Shown here in pieces: positions 8,511 through 15,832 of a stretch of 64,000 nucleotides of DNA. The translations under genes and the position numbers were made by a program. Numbering within the stretch: the first letter of the stretch is position 1; every line of letters begins with the position of its first letter. Under the pieces are notes generated by a model that made no database searches, had not been told where the DNA came from, and worked only from the letters and a program-made list of their open reading frames with translations. The DNA is from an uncultured bacterium (GTDB lineage: Bacteria > Patescibacteriota > Minisyncoccia > UBA6257 > 2-01-FULL-56-20), in contig CAVOJZ010000002.1 in assembly GCA_963696395.1 (NCBI GenBank), positions 134,433-198,432 on the forward strand. Reading direction: 5' to 3'.

Positions 8511-8803
8511 TGCGAATTAACTGTATTGTATTGGGGTTTATTTTCCTGTACCAATCCGTCGCTCGCCGCTAGCGTTGCGGCCTGGTCAGCGCTCAATTTT
8601 GCCACAAGCTGGTTGCTTTCCGCAGTATTTGCGGCGCCGATGGCATCGAGTTCCGATTTCATGGCTTCAATATTGTGTCCAATATTTACCGTTTGGTTAT
8701 AAGCCACGACAAGCCAAAAAGTTCCTGCGAGAACAGCGAGGGTCATAAAGACCAACACGATATTAACTAAACTTTTTGGCTTATTGGGCTGTATGAATGT
8801 CAT
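8489..8803 (-). CDS. ftsL: Cell division protein FtsL-like (small bitopic membrane protein)
   Basis: 104 aa with single TM helix then coiled-coil region. Sits between rsmH and ftsI. Confidence 0.5.
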   Translation of the reverse strand: MTFIQPNKPKSLVNIVLVFMTLAVLAGTFWLVVAYNQTVNIGHNIEAMKSELDAIGAANTAESNQLVAKLSADQAATLAASDGLVQENKPQYNTVNSQWPIVSR

Positions 8804-8811
8804 AGATTCTG

Positions 8812-9699
8812 CTAAGTAATTGTTGCCGCCCGGAGTTTTGCCGAACGACTTCGTGGATTATCCGCAATCTCTTCACGCGATGCCACTACCGGCTTTTTGT
8901 TTATCAACGATATGCCTCCTTCTTTTGCCAACTGCTGAAATTTCTTCTTCACGATGCGATCTTCGAGCGAATGGAAGCTCATGATCGCAACCCGGCCGCC
9001 GGGCTTAAGGACTTCATGGAGATTCTCGATTGCCTTCGCCAGATTTTCCAATTCGCCATTCGCATAGATACGCAATGCCTGGAATGTCCGCGTCGCCGGA
9101 TCGATCCTTCCACGCTCATAATTTCCCGGTACAGCGCTTCGGATGATATCGGCAAGTTCTCCGCTTGTCACGATATGTTTTTTCTTTCCGGCAATCTTTA
9201 TCGCTTTTGCGATTGCACGCGAGCGCCGCTCATCGCCGAACTGGTAAATGATATCGGCGAGCGATTCTTCGGTCTCTTCACGGATAATCTCGGCGACCGA
9301 ACGCTGTGACGGATCGTACGTCATAAGAAGCGGCTCTCCCCGAAACTCGTCGCGGAAACTGAATCCCCTGCCTGATTGCTCGAGTTGTTCGGAAGAAAAT
9401 CCAAGATCAAGAAGCAATCCGTCTGCTTTTGGAAGTTGCTCCTGTACTAGGATTTCCGGAAGGTCCGCATAATTTCCCCGGACATATCGCTCCCGATCCT
9501 GGTCCTTACGCTCCGCAATCCTTTTCCGGATCATTGTCTCATCCCAATCAATGCCAAGAAATGAGCCACCGGGCACGATGCGATCCATAATCGCTGCCGC
9601 ATGGCCGCCGCCGTCAACCGTACCGTCGATCATGAAATCGCCCGGATGCGGATCGAGCGCCTGCAAAACCTCATTTAAAAGAACTGGCTTATGGTGCAC
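8812..9699 (-). CDS. rsmH: 16S rRNA (cytosine1402-N4)-methyltransferase RsmH (MraW)
   Basis: N-terminus HKPVLLNEVLQAL...GIYIDGTVGGGGHA-type motif (FMIDGTVDGGGHAAAI). Confidence 0.9.
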   Translation of the reverse strand: MHHKPVLLNEVLQALDPHPGDFMIDGTVDGGGHAAAIMDRIVPGGSFLGIDWDETMIRKRIAERKDQDRERYVRGNYADLPEILVQEQLPKADGLLLDLGFSSEQLEQSGRGFSFRDEFRGEPLLMTYDPSQRSVAEIIREETEESLADIIYQFGDERRSRAIAKAIKIAGKKKHIVTSGELADIIRSAVPGNYERGRIDPATRTFQALRIYANGELENLAKAIENLHEVLKPGGRVAIMSFHSLEDRIVKKKFQQLAKEGGISLINKKPVVASREEIADNPRSRSAKLRAATIT

Positions 9700-10131
9700 T
9701 TAAATGCCAAGCTCGCCTAATTTTTCCGCGATCGCTTCCGACGAATTTTCCGTCTTCGTCTTATAGGCTTCCCAGGATTTTCCATCCCATATTTCAATGC
9801 GGTTATAAAGACCGGCCACAACCACTTCCTTCTTGAGGCCGGCATACTTCCGCAAATAATCCGGGATAAGGATGCGCCCCTGGTGATCGAGTTCGACATC
9901 CGACGCCCCTGCGAGCATGAGTCGCACGAACGCGCGCGAATTCGCCTGAGCGAGCGGCAATGCCATTAATTTTTTCGCAAGCTCTTCCCACTCGGCATTC
10001 GCAAAAATAAAAAGACAATTATCAATTCCGCGCGTTATGATGGCGCCGGCCGACAATTTTTCGCGGAATTTTGCCGGAACTGCCATCCGACCTTTGGTAT
10101 CCAGATTGTGTTGGTATTCGCCAAGTAGCAT
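9700..10131 (-). CDS. mraZ: Division/cell wall cluster transcriptional regulator MraZ
   Basis: MLLGEYQHNLDTKGRMAVPAKFR... duplicated MraZ fold signature. Start chosen at internal Met (the ORF extends to 10197). Confidence 0.85.
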   Translation of the reverse strand: MLLGEYQHNLDTKGRMAVPAKFREKLSAGAIITRGIDNCLFIFANAEWEELAKKLMALPLAQANSRAFVRLMLAGASDVELDHQGRILIPDYLRKYAGLKKEVVVAGLYNRIEIWDGKSWEAYKTKTENSSEAIAEKLGELGI

Positions 10132-10359
10132 TGGTTTTATATGCCTTCCTTGAGGAGTTCTGCACAGAAAGGGGGGGTTATCCCCAGTTTCCTCCACAGC
10201 TCCCCACTTCTCTACAACTATATACCACTACGGCTCCATGTCAAAATCCGTTACTTTTCAATATATTTCCAACAAAAAATGCCCATTTTATGGGTTTTTC
10301 TAAGTTTCAATTCAGTTTTTATGCACAAGCTGATTCCCCACCCGCAAAAAAACCACTTG

Positions 10360-10431
10360 TGGGCGTTGCAGGGATCGGACCTGCGACCTTTCCGATGTGA
10401 ACGGAACGCTCTACCACTGAGCTAAACGCCC
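10360..10431 (-). tRNA. tRNA-Val (anticodon CAC)
   Basis: GGGCGTTTAGCTCAGTGGTAGAGCG...anticodon loop TTCACAT...acceptor AACGCCC plus A. T-loop reads TCCGATC (C at position 55, atypical). Confidence 0.8.
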
Positions 10432-10465
10432 TTCGTGGAGATTGTAGCAAAAAGCCACGAGAATA

Positions 10466-10593
10466 CAAAAAGGCCTGATTGTAAAAATGTTTTGAGGGGC
10501 ATCTCGGAGCCGCGAAGGCGGCGAGAGGTGAGGTGCGCGACGAGCACGTCGCGACACCGTTCCCGAAAAATATTTTTACAATCAGGCCTTTTT
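10466..10593. repeat. tRNA-adjacent structured element, copy A
   Basis: 27-bp perfect outer inverted repeat encloses the identical core CTCGGAGCCGCGAAGGCGGCGAGAG. A second 7-bp hairpin has an AGCA loop (CGCGACG-AGCA-CGTCGCG). Homologous to the copy at 15618-15742. Confidence 0.5.
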
Positions 10594-10599
10594 GATTTT

Positions 10600-10965
10600 C
10601 TATTGAATTTCCACTTCTGCGCCTGCGGCAACGAGTTTGGCTTTGATCTCGTCCGCCTCTTCCTTCTTCACGTTTTCTTTCACGGTCTTCGGTGCGCCAT
10701 CGACGAGGTCTTTGGCTTCCTTGAGGCCGAGGGTCGTCACTTCGCGGACGACCTTGATCACGTTGAGTTTGCTTGCTCCACCGGATTTCAAAACGACATT
10801 GAAGCTTGTCTTTTCTTCCGCGGCAGCCGCTCCGGCTCCGCCGCCCGCAGCCACCGGCGCTGCAGCCGAGATGCCGAACTTCTCTTCAAGCTTGTGGACG
10901 AGCTCCGCGAGCTCAACCACGGTGAGCGATTCAACCTTGGTGATGATGTCTTCTAAATTTGCCAT
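10600..10965 (-). CDS. rplL: 50S ribosomal protein L7/L12
   Basis: Full-length similarity, including Ala-rich hinge and C-terminal [14 protein letters not shown]...[20 protein letters not shown]. Confidence 0.95.
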   Translation of the reverse strand: MANLEDIITKVESLTVVELAELVHKLEEKFGISAAAPVAAGGGAGAAAAEEKTSFNVVLKSGGASKLNVIKVVREVTTLGLKEAKDLVDGAPKTVKENVKKEEADEIKAKLVAAGAEVEIQ

Positions 10966-10972
10966 TGTAATT

Positions 10973-11533
10973 TTATAATGCTTGCGTTAGCTCGACCTTT
11001 TTTTCGGGAGTGGATGGAGTCATCTTTGATTTCTGATCAAGAAGATACAGGAACGAACGAATTGGACCGGCGAGCGTGCCCAGGAGCTGAGCGAGCAGGA
11101 TCTCGCGGGGTGGAAGTTGGCCGATGGCAAGCACCTGTTTCGCATCGAGCGCGGTGCTCGAAACGAGATCGTAACCGCCAAGCAGTTTCTTGACCCACAT
11201 ATCTTTTGCCCCGCCTTCCGGAACTTCGAGAGATTTAAAGAAGGTGTACGCCGGGCCGGCGATCGTATCGCTGCCGCCTTCTCCGAAAATCGTTCCGACG
11301 GAAACCTTAAACTGCTTCAAATCGACGTCTACCCCTTTCTCTTTGAGAAGGATATTAAGCAACCGCTTTTTGATGACGAGGAATTTTGCATTCGACTTCG
11401 CGAGTTCGCTGCGAAGTTTTCGAACCTGCTCCGCGGTGATTTTTGTGAAGTCTGCAAAAATTAAAGCCTCGCTCTTATCAAGCAACGCTTTTGCCCTTTT
11501 CAGCTCTTCGCCTTTTTGGATTTTGGTTTTCAT
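10973..11533 (-). CDS. rplJ: 50S ribosomal protein L10
   Basis: 186 aa with L10-like N-terminus. Sits immediately upstream of rplL. Confidence 0.9.
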   Translation of the reverse strand: MKTKIQKGEELKRAKALLDKSEALIFADFTKITAEQVRKLRSELAKSNAKFLVIKKRLLNILLKEKGVDVDLKQFKVSVGTIFGEGGSDTIAGPAYTFFKSLEVPEGGAKDMWVKKLLGGYDLVSSTALDAKQVLAIGQLPPREILLAQLLGTLAGPIRSFLYLLDQKSKMTPSTPEKKVELTQAL

Positions 11534-11688
11534 AAAAATTTAATAAAAAAACGGCCTTTCTCCAGAGCCGCAACGCAAAAATAATCTTTTTGATTACCTC
11601 GGCCGGGATTTACGTGCCTTTTTCGGCACAACCCATGCGTCTTTAGAATTGCTAGTAGTATACGCCGGCCCCGAAAAAAGTCAAATCG

Positions 11689-13248
11689 CTACTCCGAGGA
11701 AAGAGCGTTCAGGGCTCTCCGCGTCCTCACACCAACCAATCCCCAGCCGGTGGTATATGGGCTGCCGTAGCAAACGATTGATTTAGCGCACTGGAATTTT
11801 TGAACAGCTTTTTGCGTAAGCGATCCATAATAGCCGGTCCCATAAGCGGCACCGAGATCGCCCTGCCGAATAAGAATCGTCTGAAGATTCTGGACGGCCG
11901 TACCGCGCAAACCGAATGCGAGCGTCGTTGTAAAAACGTACCCGCTTTGCGAAACAGGAGGCGTCGTTGAAGTCGGCGGCGTGTACGGCGGAATATAAGG
12001 AGGCTGCGTCGTTGTTTGCCCCGGATTGGTCGTCGAGGGCGTTGCCACCGGAATTATCGGATTTGTGGCAAGCGTTGTCGCTCCAATAGATTGCTGGGGA
12101 GAAATGTTCCCTGCGGCATCGTACGCCTTTATGGCATAAAGATAGGTGGTGCTGGTTGTAAGGCCCGTATCGGCGTACGTCGTCGACGCAGTTGTTCCAA
12201 TCTGATTACCGTCACGATAAATGTAATATCCTGCTACGCCCACGTTGTCGGTTGATGCGCTCCACGAAAGATCGATCTCTGAAGTTGACGGTGATGCGTA
12301 ACTCAATCCCGAAGGAATTGATGGCGGCGTAACATCCGGCGGAAACGTTGTTGCATCAGCCGGCGTGCTATCGATCGATAGATTGCCGACTTCATCAACT
12401 GAAACGACCCAATATGAATATTGGGTATTTGCCGAAAGACCCGTGTCCTGGTACGTCGTTGACGTACCATTAGCCATCCCTAGATAGGCGCTGTTGCGAT
12501 AGATCTGATATCCGACAACGGCGATGTTATCCGATCCGGGACCCCATGATAAATCGATTTCGCTCGTCGAGGTCGCTTTCGCTTGCAAATTGAAAGGTGG
12601 CGAAGGCGGTGTGACGTCAAAAATCGTTGTGACACTCATTGGATTTGTTTTCGCAATATTGCCGGCAGCATCATAAGCACCAACTTGATATGTATAGGTA
12701 ACCCCGGGCGAAAGGCCGGTGTCGGTATAGCTCGTTCCCGTAATCTGATTTTGTAAGATCATTTTTTGACCATTCCGATAAATATAATAACCAACCACTG
12801 CAACGTTGTCGGTTGATGCGCTCCACGAAAGAACCACCGACGACGATGACGGTACAAGCGTAAAATCCCCCGGGACACTCGGCGGCTGGGTATCTGCGAT
12901 AACCGTAACAAGCCCGGAAGGGGTCGATTGGCCGGAGACGTTTCCTGCGGCATCATAAGCAGAAACGGTATACGTGTGCGTTCCGGCGGGAGCATTGTCG
13001 GTGAAATAAAGAAAGCCTGGCGTGTTTGCCACGAGCTGACCATCACGATACACATAGTATCCAACTACGCCGACGTTATCCGTGGAAGGATTCCAGGTTA
13101 CATAAACTTGGCCGGATTGAGTGACGGTTGCGGAAACTCCGGTTGGAATGGTTGGGGGTGTTTCATCCTGAGCGTGAACGGTATTAACTGCAATGAAAGA
13201 AACCGCCACCATAACCGCGAAAAACAGCCAAGTTCCTTTTTTATTCAT
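11689..13248 (-). CDS. Secreted protein with tandem fibronectin type III-like repeats and C-terminal peptidoglycan-binding (PG_binding_1-like) domain
   Basis: Signal peptide. At least 4 repeats of ...WxxSTDNVGVxGYxIYRxG... C-terminus ...RGTAVQNLQTILIRQGDL...YGSLTQKAVQKFQ. Confidence 0.65.
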   Translation of the reverse strand: MNKKGTWLFFAVMVAVSFIAVNTVHAQDETPPTIPTGVSATVTQSGQVYVTWNPSTDNVGVVGYYVYRDGQLVANTPGFLYFTDNAPAGTHTYTVSAYDAAGNVSGQSTPSGLVTVIADTQPPSVPGDFTLVPSSSSVVLSWSASTDNVAVVGYYIYRNGQKMILQNQITGTSYTDTGLSPGVTYTYQVGAYDAAGNIAKTNPMSVTTIFDVTPPSPPFNLQAKATSTSEIDLSWGPGSDNIAVVGYQIYRNSAYLGMANGTSTTYQDTGLSANTQYSYWVVSVDEVGNLSIDSTPADATTFPPDVTPPSIPSGLSYASPSTSEIDLSWSASTDNVGVAGYYIYRDGNQIGTTASTTYADTGLTTSTTYLYAIKAYDAAGNISPQQSIGATTLATNPIIPVATPSTTNPGQTTTQPPYIPPYTPPTSTTPPVSQSGYVFTTTLAFGLRGTAVQNLQTILIRQGDLGAAYGTGYYGSLTQKAVQKFQCAKSIVCYGSPYTTGWGLVGVRTRRALNALSSE

Positions 13249-13351
13249 ATCCTCAGCTTAGCACGCGCGCAAAGACCCAGCTGTGGATTCGGCTTCTGTG
13301 CGGAGGTTCTTAGAGGATGTTCGGACTTATTTCATCGAAAGCCCTCCTTCT

Positions 13352-13975
13352 TTAAGTAAAAATAACACTTTTTAGCTCCACAGGATTATTGGCGACGTAA
13401 TCCGGATTTCTTGATCTTAATTTTTGCTCACTAGTGAAGCCCCAGGTAACTGCAACACTTCTGATCCCTACTTTCTTGGCCACATCTATCTCATGATTAC
13501 TATCCCCGACAAAAAATGTATTTTGCGGATCTAAATCATTCTCCTTGATTATTCTTTGAACTGCTTCTAATTTATCGTCTGCGTCGGTAACTATTTCATT
13601 AAAGGTATTCTCCAGTCCATACTCTTTTACTTCAGGAAGTAATGTCTCTGGAAAATCGGAGCTTACGACAGCAAGAAAATAGCCACTTTCCTTGCATTTG
13701 TGTATGAGCTCTACCACTTCCGAAAACGGGGCGGCTTTTGGGCAGTCTTTATCTAATTGAATTCCTGAAAAAAATTTAACTCGTTCCTCTTCGCTATAAC
13801 CTTCAGGTAAATATTCTTGATAAAAAAGAGCAGGTGGCTGTTTCCAATTTTCTCTGAATTCCTCTAAGCTTATTTTGCTAACGTTGTATTTTTCAAATAT
13901 TTTGTTAACAATCCAGAGTTGACCTGTGACAGTGTCCCTTATTACACCAGACCAATCAAAGATAATATTTTTCAT
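13352..13975 (-). CDS. HAD-superfamily hydrolase
   Basis: Motif I IIFDWSGVIRDT (DxD-like), later hhhhSS(D) and K...GDSxxD (FFVGDSNHEID). Start set at MKNIIFD. Confidence 0.7.
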   Translation of the reverse strand: MKNIIFDWSGVIRDTVTGQLWIVNKIFEKYNVSKISLEEFRENWKQPPALFYQEYLPEGYSEEERVKFFSGIQLDKDCPKAAPFSEVVELIHKCKESGYFLAVVSSDFPETLLPEVKEYGLENTFNEIVTDADDKLEAVQRIIKENDLDPQNTFFVGDSNHEIDVAKKVGIRSVAVTWGFTSEQKLRSRNPDYVANNPVELKSVIFT

Positions 13976-13976
13976 A

Positions 13977-14573
13977 TCATAGATTATCAAAGTAGCCAGG
14001 CAAGACGGCATCAATCTTTTGCATCTTTTCCCGCACTACTTCCAATTCTTCCTGCCAATGTTCTTTTGAAGGGAGAAAACTCGCAAGGCGCAATTCCTTG
14101 CTGTTCCATACATTTTCCGGCAGATCCTCTCGTCCGGCAACATAGCCCTTCCCTTTTACGAAAGCATCGATTGCCGTTTCCGGAAAGCCATACATTTTGG
14201 CGATCGCCCAATCGCGCTCTTTTCCAATAGGCATATCGGCAGCTTTCAATAATTCATTCTTTGCTTCTTCGTTAGAAGCGATAAAGAATTGCACCGATTC
14301 CATGTCGGTGTCTGCGTCATGTCCGCGCTTCTCATCAAAACTCAAATTCAGATCCGATAAAATTCCCTCCAGCTCTCTGATATTATCCTCAAATTCCTGA
14401 CGTGAATCACTTTTTGTATTTTCTTTGAAAAGCATCTCTGCCTCCGTTGTCGGCTTCAATCCTTGGCTTACGAAAAGAATATTCGCCACGCTCTGCTTAC
14501 TAATCCGATATATGGATTTCAACTTTTCCGCCGCCGCACGAAGATGCTCCAATGATTGTTCTTGATTTTCCAT
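13977..14573 (-). CDS. Hypothetical acidic protein
   Basis: 198 aa ORF directly downstream of tRNA-Trp. No motif recognised. Confidence 0.45.
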   Translation of the reverse strand: MENQEQSLEHLRAAAEKLKSIYRISKQSVANILFVSQGLKPTTEAEMLFKENTKSDSRQEFEDNIRELEGILSDLNLSFDEKRGHDADTDMESVQFFIASNEEAKNELLKAADMPIGKERDWAIAKMYGFPETAIDAFVKGKGYVAGREDLPENVWNSKELRLASFLPSKEHWQEELEVVREKMQKIDAVLPGYFDNL

Positions 14574-14599
14574 ATATCAATTATCCTAAATTTTTCTTG

Positions 14600-14670
14600 C
14601 GGGGGCAGTAGGAATCGAACCTACGTTAGCGGTTTTGGAGACCGCCGTCCTACCTCTGAACGATGCCCCC
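14600..14670 (-). tRNA. tRNA-Trp (anticodon CCA)
   Basis: GGGGGCA acceptor, anticodon loop CTCCAAA, T-arm GTAGG-TTCGATT-CCTAC. 71 nt. Confidence 0.9.
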
Positions 14671-14693
14671 TCTTTTTGCTAGTGTAATATAAA

Positions 14694-14726
14694 TCCTTAA
14701 AAAAATCGCCCCGCAGAGGCGGAGCG
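14694..14726. terminator. Bidirectional intrinsic terminator downstream of rpmG
   Basis: Hairpin CGCCCCGCAGAGGCGGAGCG flanked by A7 on one side and T8 on the other. Confidence 0.55.
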
Positions 14727-14734
14727 TATTTTTT

Positions 14735-14914
14735 TTATTTCCCGGTGATTCGCGCCTCTTTGTGAACCGTTTTCGCGCGGCACCAGTTGCAGAACTTCTT
14801 GTATTCGATCTTACGCTCAACCTGTTTCTTGTTCTTATTTGTATAATAATTCCGCCGCTTGCAGATGGAGCAACGAAGAGTGATCAAACGGTCGGCGCGC
14901 TTTACTTTAGCCAT
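14735..14914 (-). CDS. rpmG: 50S ribosomal protein L33
   Basis: MAKVKRADRLITLRCSICKRRNYYTNKNKK...KKFCNWCRAKTVHKE, 59 aa with zinc-ribbon cysteines. Confidence 0.9.
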   Translation of the reverse strand: MAKVKRADRLITLRCSICKRRNYYTNKNKKQVERKIEYKKFCNWCRAKTVHKEARITGK

Positions 14915-14978
14915 GGGGAAAATAATACTATAGCTCCTGCAATAAATCAACTGCACTCGCCCGCCGCCCCGTTCTCAT

Positions 14979-15052
14979 GAGCCGATGGCCGGAATTGAAC
15001 CGGCGACCTACTCCTTACCATGGAGTTGCTCTACCAGCTGAGCTACATCGGC
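14979..15052 (-). tRNA. tRNA-Thr (anticodon GGU)
   Basis: GCCGATG acceptor, anticodon loop ATGGTAA. T-loop is 8 nt (GTTCAATT), giving 74 nt; this is atypical. Confidence 0.75.
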
Positions 15053-15076
15053 GCTGGTGATAATATAACGCAAAAC

Positions 15077-15487
15077 CTAGGGATTCGCAAAATATTCCTT
15101 GAGAGCCTGAAAGTGAGCGCTTCCGTCATCCAGCCGCCCAAGGTCGTCTCTGCCTGCCCATTCGTATCGCAAATGCTCGTCTGAAAGCCCAATCTCCCCG
15201 TCTCGATAGAGGCATTTGAATCCTACGAGAAAAACTTTTTTGCCTTCAATCGCATGGCCGGCGGGAAGCCTAAAACTCCACGTCGTGAAAGGCGCGCCTA
15301 TTGCGACGGAGAGATTTGTCTCCTCTTTGATCTCCCGCGCTAACGATACAACGAAATCTTCTTCGCCTTCTTGAATTTTTCCTCCGGGGAAATCAATCTT
15401 GCCACGGCTATCGAAAGCAGCGAGGACTTTGTCCCCTTTCGCTACGAAAGCTTTTTGTCCGACGAAAAACAGTTGGTCTTGTTTCAT
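15077..15487 (-). CDS. NUDIX hydrolase
   Basis: Nudix box GGKIQEGEEDFVVSLAREIKEETNL. Confidence 0.8.
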   Translation of the reverse strand: MKQDQLFFVGQKAFVAKGDKVLAAFDSRGKIDFPGGKIQEGEEDFVVSLAREIKEETNLSVAIGAPFTTWSFRLPAGHAIEGKKVFLVGFKCLYRDGEIGLSDEHLRYEWAGRDDLGRLDDGSAHFQALKEYFANP

Positions 15488-15488
15488 G

Positions 15489-15561
15489 AGCCACCTCCCG
15501 GATTCGAACCGGGGACCTTCGCTTTACAAAAGCGTTGCTCTACCAGCTGAGCTAAGGTGGC
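15489..15561 (-). tRNA. tRNA-Thr (anticodon UGU)
   Basis: GCCACCT acceptor, anticodon loop TTTGTAA, T-arm CCCGG-TTCGAAT-CCGGG. 73 nt. Confidence 0.9.
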
Positions 15562-15617
15562 ACTTTACCGCTCCACTATAGTATAAGACGAAAATACTTA
15601 TGTAAATAAGGTTCTAC

Positions 15618-15742
15618 AGAAAAGCCTGTGGCTACATGTTTTCCGAGGGACTCTCGGAGCCGCGAAGGCGGCGAGAGTGAGACGCGTTCCGAGCACGGAA
15701 CGACGTCGTGCCCGAGGAAAACATGTAGCCACAGGCTTTTCT
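15618..15742. repeat. tRNA-adjacent structured element, copy B
   Basis: 27-bp perfect outer inverted repeat (AGAAAAGCCTGTGGCTACATGTTTTCC / GGAAAACATGTAGCCACAGGCTTTTCT). Same CTCGGAGCCGCGAAGGCGGCGAGAG core. Second hairpin CGTTCCG-AGCA-CGGAACG. Confidence 0.5.
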
Positions 15743-15832
15743 GGCATTCCCTTTTTATATTTTTTCAACTATACTCTAATGGAAATTTAATGTTCTGCAT
15801 CCTCGCTTGCGGGGGTTAACACACGAACACCT

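Noticed and set aside
10435-10956. 173-aa plus-strand ORF spanning element A and rplL
   Set aside because: It translates the structured repeat core (RGISEPRRRREV) and the antisense of rplL, so it is not a gene. The same applies to 15628-15819 over element B.
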